Positions 1 through 12,719 of a stretch of DNA of 64,000 nt are shown piece after piece. This DNA is from Octopus vulgaris. Lineage: Eukaryota. The translations under genes and the position numbers were made by a program. Location of the stretch: assembly GCA_951406725.2 (NCBI GenBank), contig OX597816.1, positions 175,398,001-175,462,000 of the forward strand, given 5' to 3'. Within the stretch, counting starts at the first letter, position 1; each line of letters begins with the position of its first letter. Below the pieces are notes generated by a model, which searched no databases, had not been told where the DNA came from, and worked only from the letters and a program-made list of their open reading frames with translations.

Positions 1-190
1 CTCCACAAGGCTCTGGCAGGGGGTGGTGGCGACCCCTGTTGTACTCTTTCGCCACAACTTTCTCTCACTCTCTCTTTCCGTTTCTTGAGTAACACTGCGA
101 TGGACTGGCGTCCCGTCCAGCTGGGGGGAACACATACGCCACAGAAACTGGGCCCATGTGCCTGGCTAGGCTTGAAAAGGGCAACGTTTC
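1..190 (+). mobile_element. 3' part of SINE (same family as 20672-20958)
   Basis: Close reverse-complement match to 20672-20865. Confidence 0.75.
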
Positions 191-385
191 TTTTTTTGTC
201 TTCTCTCTTTTTTAATCTACTCTCTTTATGTTCCTCTCAGTAGCAACATCACAAAGAAAGTCAATTTCTCAAAGCTTCTCACTTCACTAATTTGTTCCAG
301 TAGAGTTGAAATTGGTTCATGAACCACTAAACTACTCTGTCAAGCTTTCAACTTAATTGATACCCTTATTGCATATTGGAATCAT

Positions 386-546
386 TGGCTGTGTGGTAAG
401 TAGCTTGCTAACCAACCACATGGTTCCGGGTTCAGTCCCATTGGGTGGCACCTTGGGCATGTGTCTTCTGCTATAGCCCCGTGCCGACCAATGCCTTGTG
501 AGTGGATTTGGTAGACGGAAACTGAAAGAAGCCTGTCGTATATATG

Positions 547-577
<31 letters not shown>

Positions 578-786
578 GTGTGTTTGTGTGCCTGTGTTTG
601 TCCCCCCTAGCATTGCCTGACAACCGATGCTGGTGTGTTTACGTCCCCGTCACTTAGCGGTTCGGCAAAGGAGACTGATAGAATAAGTACTGGGCTCACA
701 AAGAATAAGTCCCGGGGTCGATTTGCTCTACTAAAGGCGGTGCTCCAGCATGGCCGCAGTCAAATGACTGAAACAAGTGAAAGAGT
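386..786 (+). mobile_element. tRNA-derived SINE, family A, with internal (TA)n
   Basis: A/B-box-like head (ggctgtgtggtaag...ggttcagtccc); homologous copies at 19227, 21292, 21865, 44185. Confidence 0.8.
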
Positions 787-911
787 GATTGATAAATAAC
801 TATCAACATTATCTTTCTTTGCTGCTCTACTTGACACACATGTCTTAATATCTACAAAGAAAGTAAATGTCTCGGTGTTTTTACTTGCATTAGCTGTTGT
901 CTGTATTTCAG

Positions 912-1137
912 TCATAAACTCGGTTATGAAACCTTCTGCAAATGGAAGAGTGAATGGTCATCAAAAGCCAAGATGGAAGCTTCGGTCTGTGTATTCATGG
1001 CTGACAAATTGTTACCATTCTGGGTTCAGTGTACGCGGCCTGAGTGTTGCAAGTGGCGGCAGCTCTCCAGAGATTTTGACTTGTATCCAGATTTTATTCG
1101 TAACTTCACCTGTGGGATGACATCAGAAGGGAAAAAG
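912..1137 (+). CDS. KDM1B: KDM1B exon (zf-CW)
   Basis: tttcag| HKLGYETFCKWK...FMADKLLPFWVQCTRPECCKWRQLSRD...FTCGMTSEGKK |gtaata. Confidence 0.93.
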
Positions 1138-1699
1138 GTAATATAATTTATTTCATTTGTTTAATAATCCATTATGATTTTACTCAGTGGATTTCATAAT
1201 TACTTTATCTGTTGTTTTTGCACCCACCAACCCACTCTTCCAGCCACCAGCAGTTATTTGACTAACCTTCATCCCACATTCATAACATCTCTCTCTTATC
1301 ACCTCTCTTGCAAGGTACTTGGTGACTCTGTCAGTGTTGGTGCCACATAAAAAGCACCAAGTACACACCGCAAAGTGGTTGGAATTAGGAAGAGCATCCA
1401 GCTCTGTAGAAATCCTGCCAAAACAGACAATGGAACCTGGTGGAGTTCCTGGCCTTGCCAGCTCCTGCCAAACCATCCAACTTATGCTAGCATGGAAAAG
1501 ACATTAAATCATGATGATTGTGGTTTGCATGTGTTCAGTGACTTCACCCAGGAATTGTATGCAATGCTTTTCACACAGTATGGAAAACCACTTGGTAGTT
1601 TTGGGCTTTAGTAGTGCCTGTGATTTGAAGTGACATGTTTAGAAGGATAATTTTGGTCCCCTACTTATTGATGTTTGATGGGTCAAGGATGAAGCACCT

Positions 1700-2160
1700 T
1701 TCTTGCTAGGAACAGCATAAAACTGAGAGAACTCTGCTGCTCTGATCTACTTCTCTCCAACCCATGTCATCAATTCTGGTGTACCCCAAGGTTCAGTTTT
1801 GTCCTTCACATTCTTCCTCGTTTCAACAATGTACTTGCTGTCATCTCTAACTATAACCACACTGATATAGTGATACCACCCTTTATTCCTACCTATTCTT
1901 TATCTTTTGTGCCCAAGTCCCACTTATATGCAACCTAGACACCTCACACCAATCTTTATGAAGTGGAACTTAAGCACATTCTAATACGAAATTGTGCTAA
2001 TCTTGCTTCCTCAAACAGCACAAAGACACAATCACTACACAAACCAGGAAAAGAATATCATATCCCACTTCCTAAACATGAACACTTGGTTACAGTCCTC
2101 AAGGTTGATCTAAATGCTAGGCCTCACTACCACTAAGAATCTCTCATGGTGATTACACAT
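1700..2160 (+). mobile_element. Degenerate non-LTR (CR1/Jockey-like) RT remnant
   Basis: INSGVPQGSVLS motif near 1770-1805; otherwise decayed. Confidence 0.5.
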
Positions 2161-2743
2161 CTTTGATATTTATACACACTTATATTTTAGCTCAGTTAGA
2201 GGTCAGGTTACTACCATTGTTCAGATTTTTGGTTATTTTTTGCACTATGTTGTTTAATATGTTCAACAGTCTCAATAGGCATGGGCATGGCTGTGCAGTT
2301 AAGAATTACACTTGCCAACCATGTTGTTTTAAGGCACCTTGGGCAAGTGTCTTATTTACAGACCTGGGCTTACCAAAGCCTTGTGATTGAATTTGGTAGA
2401 CAGAAACTGAAAGAGGTCCATTGTATATACATGCATATATAAAATGTGTCTGTGTCTTGATATCATAGGGTTAGTTATAAACAAGTATCACTTGTACAAG
2501 GGAGTCCTTCATTTTTGAATTCCATGAAAACAAATGAGGGTTGGGGACAGGAAGGGCATCTGGCCAAAGAAAAATTTGCCTCAACAAATTTCATCTGTCT
2601 TATGCAAGCATGGTAAAATGGACATTAGAACAATGATGATGATGTATCTTCACATTGTTAACTTTCAGAATCCTCTAACACTACATAATAAAAATTTAAA
2701 GACTCGTTGTTCAACTGTTTTTTTTGCATTTTTCTTTATTTAG

Positions 2744-2785
2744 AAAGAAAGACAACTTGAAGCATGTGCTGTACCAGAAGATCAT
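2744..2785 (+). CDS. KDM1B: KDM1B exon (end of zf-CW)
   Basis: tttag| KERQLEACAVPEDH |gtgagt; phase 0/0. Confidence 0.85.
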
Positions 2786-2944
2786 GTGAGTATTTTACAA
2801 AACCAGACCATTCTGCTACTCTGAAAGCCTTAATTTTTCAAACATAAAGGAATTTGTCAGCCGACTAAATTTTAGTTCCTAAGTTATAAGCATGAATAAT
2901 TAGACTTTAAACTTTTAGCATTTAGATTTCTCTGTCAAATATGA

Positions 2945-3280
2945 AAAAAGAAAGTAAAGAACCCCTTCGGTCACGACACAGACCATGGGATTGCACCTAG
3001 AAAGTTACCCTTCGAGGTACAAGTCCGGGCAAGGTTGCTTATGGAAGACCAGCCTCCCCTCTCCATGCCACCAATGTTATCCAAGGGAAAGGCAAAGGCA
3101 GATACAGCTTGGCACCAGTGACATTGCAATTCATTTCTACAGCTGAGTGAACTGGAGAGCAACATGAAATGAAGAGTCTTGCTCAAGAACACAACACACA
3201 GCCCGGTCTGGGAAATGAAACTCACTACCTCATGATTGTGAGCCTGATGTTCTAACCACAGAGCCAAGTGCCTTCATTAA
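2945..3280 (-). mobile_element. SINE inserted in a piggyBac-like MITE
   Basis: 11-bp TSD gtcaaatatga (2934-2944, 3281-3291); MITE halves ~2907-2944 and ~3281-3470. Confidence 0.7.
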
Positions 3281-4972
3281 GTCAAATATGATGCTTATTT
3301 ATCCACACTAATTTTAAATAAAGCACGCATTATCTTATAATTTCAAGATTTCAGTGATGTGGTTCTTTATTTTTAGAATGTCATTGTAAGCAAGAGACTG
3401 ACTCTGGTCAGTTTGAACATCAAACAGAATATTTCGGCTGGATATGGCCAGTTTAAATACTAAAGGGTAAATGCAATGACTATTGTAATGGCAGATAGAT
3501 ATGTGACTCTGTAGATACATATTTAGTGCTATGTACATAATTTTTGTTTATGCATAGGTACACTGTAAGTAATAAGGCTTCATGTTTATAACTGTTATTA
3601 CATAAAGCAGAGTGAATCTGGTCCTAGTTTTAAATCTTCAGGTGCTAGATTCAATAACAAAACACTAGAACAGCATTCATGAACATTACATGACTAATAC
3701 ATTGCAGAAGCAGAGTAGAGCTTGAGAACATCTCTTAAAAATTCTGTTGTGTATTTTTATCTGGGTAGAAGATAGAATTTGCAAATTATTAACATATGCA
3801 CACTAAACATGCTAAGCACTCTCACAGAAATGATGGTAGAAACCGGTACGTGCTTTCCTTGACAATACTGATAATGATGTCCATTAGTAGGTCATTACTA
3901 ATGTAACAAATGTCACCAGCTTGTCTCTGGCTGTTGGGTATCCCAGTTTGACTTCTGTACTTCATCTTGTCAATGGTTTCAAAATTCCGGCTGCTACATC
4001 TTTGGAAACGTAGAAGACTGATTATCAAGTATGTGTAAAGTCTGCCAAGTTCTACAAATACATTATTTAGATCAATGTTCTTCACCTTTTCTAACTCAAC
4101 AGTCCTTTTCATCGAATAGCATTTTACAACCCAACCCTTTTTGTTCTGTAAAATAAAGACCAAGTAGTGGTTTATTATCCATACTTTCATATAGTATGCC
4201 ATTCAGCATGTGCCTGTTTTTAGATATTTGCATGGGCTAGTATCCCCTATTGAAAGTACTAAAGAAGGCAAGGACTTTTATAATGAAAGGATATTTTAAA
4301 TTCATATTAATGCTGCACATAAGATAATTTATAACAAAGTACATCATTATTTTAAATAAAGTACTATTAGAATAAATGAGTCAAATACATATATATCAGT
4401 ATTTGGCTACCTTTTAAAATCTAAAAAGAAACAAAAACAAATGTAAAATAATTTATGGTATTCAACAAATTATATTCTAAAAACAAGATTTAATAATTGA
4501 AACATAGCTATCAGCTACCTTCTGCTTAAAACAGTCATATTTTTACTCAATGATAAATCAATGTCCTATTCACAAAAATCAGTCTTAACTGATTTTTTTT
4601 CTGAAAATGTGTTTAAAGTATTGTAACTGTTTTGACTCTAGCATTTAAACCAGCCATACCAAGCCCAAATGTTTTTCCCATTTTTATGTTCAAACTAGCC
4701 ATCTCTAGCCTCTCACACCTACCCTACAATATCATTTCTAAAAATAACAATCACATCATTGAAATTTTGAAGCTTTCAGATGATTGATTCAAAATAATAT
4801 GAATAAAGAACTTTACTAAACAAGAGTAATTTGAATACTAAAGGGTTAAATATCGTTTCTGAGAATATTTACAGCTTCTTTTAGATACCCAGTGTCCCCT
4901 GACATTTGCCACGCCTTTGTGAGCTTACAATGCCCTAAGAGAGCACTACTGTTAAGAACCATTGATTTAGAC

Positions 4973-5238
4973 CAGTGGTTCTCAACTGGGAGTCCATATA
5001 AGATTTTTGAGGATTCATGAAACAAAATATGTAAATTTGGGATCAACAATAGCATTTTAAGGGCCTCTGAAAATATTTTGCTTTAGATGTATGTATTGGT
5101 ATGTGAGAAAAACAAAATAGGAATCTTGAAAAAAGTTTCTATAAGACTAGATTTTAAACATTGAATGGCTTTTGGGGTTTACCAGAATAAAATAGTAATC
5201 GAAGGGGTCAGTAGGTAAAAAATGGTTTAAAACCCCTG
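4973..5238. mobile_element. hAT-type MITE
   Basis: TIRs cagtggttctcaac / gtttaaaacccctg; 8-bp TSD atttagac/atctagac. Confidence 0.75.
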
Positions 5239-5308
5239 ATCTAGACTAACTGATCTAGCCAACAAGAAAGCCTAGGGCACTTTGATTTACTAGAAGTAAC
5301 TGCCATGA

Positions 5309-5530
5309 AGGCGGGCAAGCTGGCAGAGTGGTTAGCATGCCGGGCGAAATGCTTCGTGGTATTTTGTTTCCTATTACGCTCTGAGTTCAAATTCCGCCGA
5401 GGTCGACTTTGCTTTTCATTCTTTCAGGGTTGCTAAATTAAGTACCATTTACGCACTGGGGTCGATATAATCGACTTAATCCCTTTGTCCCCTCTGTGTT
5501 TAGCCCCTTGTGGGTAGTAAGGAAATAAGA
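5309..5530 (+). mobile_element. tRNA-derived SINE, family B
   Basis: agctggcagag...gagttcaaattcc head and conserved body shared with 45189, 58100, 60220. Confidence 0.75.
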
Positions 5531-5884
5531 AGTAACTACCAGTTCCCTCAAATCATTCTTTCTTACATAAGGAAGGATACATTGAACAATGTAGTCCTAA
5601 ACAAACAAAAAGGTGGGATGTTCAAGGCTTGCTCAGTCATGGCTGATCTGGTGTTCATCAGCCAGAACAATAGCATCATAACATATTCCCCTCATCTTGA
5701 AAGATATTTTGTGTGCAAGGTGTACAGTACTGCTTATATTGAACAATTCTATTGAAACTATTCAAAACCTTTATGTCAAAAAGATCATTTCTTGTATTGC
5801 CAAATAAATATATTGTAAATTTTATTTAGAATCATCTTCCTATTAGCTGAATTGTTAGATTGTCCTGGTTATCTTATATTCTAG

Positions 5885-6056
5885 AGAGTAGAAATGTGTC
5901 GTTCTCCTTGGTGGTTTAGCCAGCTGACAGCTAGTGTAGGGCTGAAGATGTCACCATCATTACACTTCCTATCAGATTATTCTTCAGATGCCATAGGACA
6001 TTGTCCTTTGGATGCAACTTACCTTCAGCCGGAAAATACATCAACCAAAACAAAAG
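5885..6056 (+). CDS. KDM1B: KDM1B exon (linker)
   Basis: ctag| RVEMCRSPWWFSQL...FLSDYSSDAIGHCP...TKTK |gtgagt. Confidence 0.88.
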
Positions 6057-7139
6057 GTGAGTAGATTTGATTTGAATTGATTAAATGTCTGAGATGTGAT
6101 ATCATCATCATCATCATCATCATAACATCCACTTTTTCTTACCTGCATAGGCAGGACAGATTTTATTGGGGCAAATTTTCTACATCCAAATGCTCTTCCT
6201 GGCATCAGATCCTACCTGCTTCCAAGTAAGGTTATCTTTCACCCTGACTAGACATATTTTCCTAGAATACTGGAAATGAAAGGCATTCATTTATGGCAGT
6301 CACATGATGTCAAGGAGACACAAACACTCACACACGTGCACACACACATGCACACTTGCACACACACTCAATTGGTTTCTTTCAGTTTCCATCTACCAAA
6401 TCTACTTACAAGGCTTTGGTTGGCTATAGTAGAAGACACTTGCCCTAGGTGCCATGCAGTGGGACCGAACCCAGAACCATGTGGTTGGGAAGCAAACTTT
6501 ATAATCACGCAGCCATGCCTGCATCTTCGAGATGTTATAAAATAAGAATGTTTCCGATTGTAATCACTGAGGAAACCTTTTTATGTCTTTTGATAATAAC
6601 ATCTCTCATTTTAAAGTGTTCAGATTTTAATTAGTAGCTTCCATTGTAATTTCACGTAAGCTCTTTTTGGGATGTTATATTTCTAACATCATTGTCGATA
6701 TCCTGTTTGCTTTTTCCATATTGGCATGGCTTGAAGGACACTTCTTGAGGCCGTATCCTTTGACTGGATACCCTTTTTGGCTGATTTTCAAGTAAGATAT
6801 TTTTACCATTGGTCTTCTAGTCAAAACTGCTGTACTATGGAACATGGTTTACAGATGTAAACATAATGTATCACTGCAAAAGACATGGCCAAATAAGCAT
6901 TCATGCGCACACACACAAAACAAGTTTCCATATGGCTTTTGTCCACTAATTTCACTCCCAAGCCATTGGTCAGTCTGAGGCTGTGACAGCAGATAGGCAC
7001 TTTGCAATCTCTTTCACAGTTTTCCTCATTTAACCAATCGGACAGCAGGAAAATGTTTGTAAATATGATGATCATGATGTCATGATGGCACTTAACGCCA
7101 AGTCTTTTTTTTCTCTTTTTTTCATATTGTTTAGCACTG

Positions 7140-7441
7140 GTGAAGGCACATGGTTTAGTGATTAGGGTAATTGGCTCATGAGTTCGATTCCTAGCAGAAT
7201 GTTGTGTCCTTGGGTAAGATACTTTATTTTGTACTACTCCAGTCCACTCAGGTGGCAAAAGGGAGCAGTACCAGTAATTCAAATGGGGCCAGCCTTGTCA
7301 CATTCTGTGTCACACTGAACCCCCCTGAGAACTATGTTAAGGGCACACGTGTCTGTGGAGTGCTCAGCCGCTTTAACATAAATTTCCGTTGATTGGATCA
7401 GCTGGAGCCCTCATCATCACAACTGACAGAGTGCCAATTTT
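7140..7441 (+). mobile_element. tRNA-derived SINE
   Basis: gagttcgattcc B-box; 10-bp TSD tttagcactg. Confidence 0.65.
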
Positions 7442-7605
7442 TTTAGCACTGTGTCAAAACTGCTTGAGTGGATATGTTTCTCATATTACTGCATGGCCAC
7501 ATGTCAAGCTTGAATGAACATACTAATGTTACAAGATTCAGTGAAAATTGATTTTTTGTTCTTTTTCTTTTCCCATGCTTTTCATTCTTATCTGATCTAT
7601 TTCAG

Positions 7606-7784
7606 TATGGGAGATGTTTGGTCAACCTTTCAGTCACAGCCACGAAACGGATACAGCCGGAACTGTTAAAGCAGATGAAATGAGTGAATCAGAACGCAAT
7701 TACTTTCCGCATTTAGCCAGAGAACCAAAAATCTTTCTCAGTCTACGCAATCTCATTATAAGTTTATGGAATCTTAGCATAAAG
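7606..7784 (+). CDS. KDM1B: KDM1B exon (SWIRM N-part)
   Basis: ttcag| WEMFGQPF...DEMSESERNYFP...FLSLRNLIISLWNLSIK |gtaatc. Confidence 0.92.
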
Positions 7785-7961
7785 GTAATCTTTCTTCATA
7801 ATTTTCTTACATTTTTCTTAAAGTTTGCATGAATACAAAACCTCAAATTTAGAGTAGAGGTAAACATTGAGAAGTTTCTATGCTTATACCATTCCTAAGG
7901 ACAATATAGACCTAGGTAGAGTGAAATCAAATGAAGTTAAACACTTGAAAACTTTATGGTG

Positions 7962-8495
7962 AGAGATTTGATCAAAAAGTATTCGGACTGGTGCTGTAAA
8001 AAGCAAACCACAACACATATCATCAATATTTAATTTCCTTCGAAGTAGTTGCCTTCTGAAACCACACACTTTATCCAACGCCATTTCCATCGATGGAAGC
8101 ATTCCCCAGACTTCTTTTTTGGGATAGCATGCAGCTGCCTCTTCTCCTTCTCTTGTATTTCCTCAACATCTTAAAATCTTGTTCCTCTCAAGTGGGATTT
8201 CATCTTTGGAAAGACTCTTAGCTCTAATAACCTTCAAACCCTCTCTCTTTCCATGCACACACACACACACACACATGCACACATTTTCTCTGCCATGGTC
8301 ACTGATGGAACGTCTGGTATAGTCAGACGTCCACACTCTACACGCTTTGCTTCCAAGCACTGCTATAAACAGCAGAAGTAAGCAAGAATGTTATAACTTA
8401 GTGTTCAAGACCATACTGTGCCGAGTGGTTTCACTCTTGAGTACTTAAGCTCTGTAACCATAGTAACTGTCTTTATACTTTTTGATCAGATCTCG
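7962..8495. mobile_element. Mariner-like non-autonomous element
   Basis: Inverted termini gagatttgatcaaaaagtat / atactttttgatcagatctcg followed by TA. Confidence 0.55.
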
Positions 8496-8610
8496 TATTT
8501 TACAGTGCATGCTTCAAATTCATATCCTGTCTCCCTTCTTCACACCATGCGTCTCTCCACTTTAAACCACATCTCTCTTCTTTGCACTGTGCCTCTTCTT
8601 TACACCGCCC

Positions 8611-9150
8611 TCCTTCACACCACACCTCCCTCCTTCACACCACACCTCCCTCCTTCACACCACACCTCCCTCCTTCACACCACACCTCCCTCCTTCACAC
8701 CACACCTCCCCCCTTCACACCACACCTCCCCCCTTCACACCACGCCTCCCTCCTTCACACCACACCTCCCTCCTTCACACCACACCTCCCCCCTTCACAC
8801 CACACCTCCCTCCTTCATACCACACCTCCCTCCTTCATACCACACCTCCCCCCTTCACACCACACCTCCCTCCTTCATACCACACCTCCCTCCTTCATAC
8901 CACGCCTCCCCCCTTCACACCACACCTCCCTCCTTCACACCACACCTCCCTCCTTCACACCACACCTCCCCCCTTCACACCACACCTCCCTCCTTCACAC
9001 CACACCTCCCTCCTTCACACCACACCTCCCTCCTTCACACCACACCTCCCCCCTTCACACCACACCTCCCCCCTTCACACCACACCTCCCCCCTTCACAC
9101 CACACCTCCCCCCTTCACACCACACCGCCCCCCTTCACACCACACCTCCC
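8611..9150. repeat. 20-bp minisatellite, 27 copies
   Basis: Unit (t/c)ccttcacaccacacctccc, directly visible. Confidence 0.97.
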
Positions 9151-9462
9151 TCTGTCTCACTCATACTATGATGTCCTAATTCTATTCAGTTGATATGGTC
9201 GTATCAATGTTCAGACAGACTTAAATTTCAAAATCTTTTCACCTCAGCATAAAACCAAAGAAGAACCTTCTACTTGGTTCCTCTTCCTACCGGAAACAGC
9301 AGCCAAATTTCCCTCATATTGCAACCTAGCATCTTGAAAAAGTAACGATTGGGTGATTATAACTGGAATGCTTTTCATCATATATCTACTTCATCACATT
9401 CTGTGTCATGTCACACTTCTTTAATCATGTTTTACACAGTCTAGCTGTCACTTGAAGAGAAA

Positions 9463-10150
9463 TCATCATCATCATTATCATCAACGTCCGCTTTCCATGC
9501 TAGCATGTGTTGGACGGTTTGACTGAAGGTGGGCGAACCAGATGGCTGCACCAGGCTCCAATCTTGATCTGGCAGAGTTTCTACGGCTGGATGCCCTTCC
9601 TAACGCCAACCACTCTGAGAGTGCAGTGTGTGCTTTTTATGTGCCACTGGCACAAGGGCCTGTCAGGCGGTACTGGCAACGACCTCGCTCAAATCTTTTT
9701 ACACATACCACCGGCACAGGTGTCAGTAAGGCGACATTGGTAACAATCCCGCTTGAATGGTGCCTCTTACATGCCACTGGCACGGAAACTAGTTAGCCTC
9801 TCTGGCAACGATCATGCTCGGATGGTGCTCTTAGCACCCTACTAGCACGGGTACAAGTGCCAGTAAGGTGACGCTGGTAACGATCGCACTCGAATGGTGC
9901 CTTTTATGTGCCACTGACACAGAAGCCAGTTAGCTGCTCTGTCAACAATCATGCTCGTATGGTGCTCTTTGCACCCTGCTAGCACAGGTGCCCATCATTG
10001 AATTTTACTTTGATTTCGATTTCACTTGCCTCAACAGGTCTTTGCAAGCAGAGTTTAGTGTCCAAAGAAGGAAAAGGTACCATAAATGGGCTGCTTACGC
10101 TCCTGGCACAGGCCATGAGGTTATGGTTGATATTGTTTACTTCCTGGTCA
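9463..10150 (-). mobile_element. RTE LINE 3' UTR fragment with hairpin-repeat array and (GAT)n tail
   Basis: Homologous to 23990-24418, the tail of the RT-coding RTE. Confidence 0.7.
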
Positions 10151-10567
10151 GTATTGATCATGCAGACCTTTGATCAGTGATATTCCATCGATTGTGTGGT
10201 CTTTTAGTCCAAGATATTATATTGGAATAAACTACATGATCTAAAGCAGTGGTTCTCAGTGATTTTTTTGCCTTCTCTGATTCTCATATTACTCAACTGG
10301 ATGCTTGCAAATGTCATTAGAATCCTTTGGATGGGGGGAGCCTGGTTAGATATTTCATTCCACAAAAGCTAGATTTCAGAGCAGGACTGAATGGTAAAAT
10401 TAAGATCAGACTCGATCGAACTTTATTATTGCTCCTTTGTCTTCCTTGCCATGAATGAAGTATTTTGAGGCTGAAATTTCAGTTTACTATTCTTTAGTTT
10501 TTGAACAGTTTATATATTTGAAATGTGCTTCATGGGTTTTGTGTTATTTTTCTTTTTATATTTGTAG

Positions 10568-10747
10568 GAATGGATGACTTGGCAGCGGTGTGCTAATTAT
10601 CTGATTTATAGAGGTGTTTCAAGAATTAAGTGTGTTGAATTATTACAGTCGATTATTTACTATCTTACTCGGGAAGGTCTTATTAACATTGGTTTGCTGC
10701 ATGATCCACCAACTAGCTTATTGCTACCAAATGTAAACTATGAAAAT
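10568..10747 (+). CDS. KDM1B: KDM1B exon (SWIRM C-part)
   Basis: tgtag| EWMTWQRC...RGVSRIKCV...YLTREGLINIG...YEN |gtaagt. Confidence 0.92.
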
Positions 10748-10766
10748 GTAAGTGTCATTCAATTTA

Positions 10767-10910
10767 CTATAGCTTTCGCCAGCACACACACGTTTTGGGA
10801 AACAGCATGTAACGCAAACACTACAGAGCAACAATCCTATAGCTTTCGCCAGCACACACACGTTTTGGGAAACAGCATGTAACGCAAACACTACAGAACA
10901 ACAATCCTAT
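10767..10910. repeat. 70-bp tandem duplication
   Basis: Two copies, one mismatch, ctat at the junctions. Confidence 0.95.
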
Positions 10911-11503
10911 TCCAGCACTAAGAAACAATTTTTTAAAATTATGACATTAAAATAATTATAAAAATAAAGTTGGTATTTATATGAAAATTCTTAAAAATCA
11001 ATTAAGAGAAAGAAGAGAGTTTAAATTTGGGCAGATCTGATGGTGTCATCTAGTAGTTATGATGATACATATTTGATGGTTACATTGTGAAGAATAGCAT
11101 GTGTTTAGGTAAAAGCTTATAAAGATTGATACAACATACACAACATAAAATCAAGAAGGGAAAAAGAATGGGTAATTAAAGTAAATTGCATGTTTTACAA
11201 ATATTAAAACTATCAAATATCCAGTAAAAATGAGAGAAAGTAGAGCAAAATTATTCTCCCAGAAATACTGTTTCTTATTTATACAAGCATAAGACAACAT
11301 AGAAACAATGAAATTGTATACTTTACAAATGCTAAATATCTAACAAGAATGAGAGAATATATCACCAAATTGATCTCTCAGAAGTACCTGCTAGTTGCAT
11401 CCAGTTTTAAGATGTAATTTCAAATCTTGTAGTTGTCAATATATCTCTTTTCAGTTTATTATCTCTTGTTGGATTCTAATTCAATATCTTTTTTGTGTTA
11501 CAG

Positions 11504-11578
11504 CATTCAGTTATTGTGGTTGGGGCTGGCATTACTGGACTAGCAGCAGCGAGACAGTTATCTAATTTTGGAGTGAAG
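11504..11578 (+). CDS. KDM1B: KDM1B exon (FAD-binding GxGxxG)
   Basis: tacag| HSVIVVGAGITGLAAARQLSNFGVK |gttagt. Confidence 0.95.
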
Positions 11579-11937
11579 GTTAGTTCTGAATCCTTTAGCA
11601 TTTAAACTGGCCATCTCTGGCCAAAATATTTTCTGTCTGCTTTACATTCAGACTAACTGGCTCTGGCTTCTCATACCTACCCTATAATGTCATTCTAAAA
11701 ATAGTCACATTATCAAAATCTTGAAGCTACAACACAATTCATGATTAATTCAAAACAACGTGAATGAATAAACAGCATATTTAACAGAATAACTTTTGAA
11801 TGCAAAAAGATTAAAGTATTTCTTTTCAGTTGATATCTTTGCTACAGGCGTCTGCGTTAGTCACCGACAAAGGCAGGATTCACATAAATACCACTGATTT
11901 AATCTAACTTTAACCAGTATTATTATCTTAATATATA

Positions 11938-12125
11938 GCGTTAGGAAGGGCATTGGCGTTAGGAAGGGCATGGCGTTAGGAAGGGCATCCAGCCGTAGAA
12001 ACACTGCCAGATTTGACTGGGCCTGATGAAGCCTTCTGGCTTCACAGACCCCAGTAGAACCGTCCAACCCATGCTAGCATGGAAAACGGACGCTAAACGA
12101 TGATGATGATGATGATGATGATGAT
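11938..12125 (+). mobile_element. 5'-truncated RTE tail
   Basis: aaccgtccaacccatgctagcatgg...aaacga(tga)n; similar tails at ~1310, 13057, 28625, 13950(-), 35220(-), 48388(-). Confidence 0.75.
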
Positions 12126-12663
12126 AGGTGCAAGCGTGGCCGTGGGGTTATGGAATTTGCTTCCCAGTCACATAGTTTCAAGTTCAGTCCCATTGCATGG
12201 CACCTTGACTGACCAAAACCTTGTGAGTTGATCTGGTAGACAGAAACTGAAAGAAGCCTGTTGTGTGTGTGATTGTGTTTCCATGCCTGGACATTGTGTA
12301 ATAGTTGTAAATGGGTGTCATAGTCATTCATTTCCAATATTTTGTAATGTGTTGCATGAGGCTGTTTGATAAGAAGAGCACTGAGGATTTGATGGGGATG
12401 CTGGGGTTGGAAGAATCAGTGGAACGGCTGGCAAGGGTGAATGGAGTTTGGTGGTATGTGCATGTGTTGAGGAGGGGTGAGGAGCATGTTCTGAAGAGGA
12501 TACGGTAAAGAGTTTGAGGTAAATGGACAACAAAGACAACATTGTTTTTATTCCAAAGGAATAAACGATGTAAAATAATATCTTCTCATCAGGAAAGAAA
12601 GAGAACCTATCTCAACAAAAAGACATTATAACAAATTAGATGACTGCATAAATGATCATCTAA

Positions 12664-12719
<56 letters not shown>

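Noticed and set aside
386-460. tRNA-like A/B boxes here and in other repeat heads
   Set aside because: No complete cloverleaf; they are SINE heads
8418-9193. 253-aa and 203-aa His/Pro/Thr-rich ORFs
   Set aside because: Products of a stop-free 20-bp minisatellite inside an intron
9620-9990. CRISPR-like repeat/spacer appearance
   Set aside because: Eukaryotic DNA, degenerate repeats, mutually related spacers, no cas genes; part of a LINE 3' UTR
12525-12600. Minus-strand CUGAUGA...AAAAC AAUGUU GUC hammerhead-like string
   Set aside because: GAAA is absent and no stem I pairing
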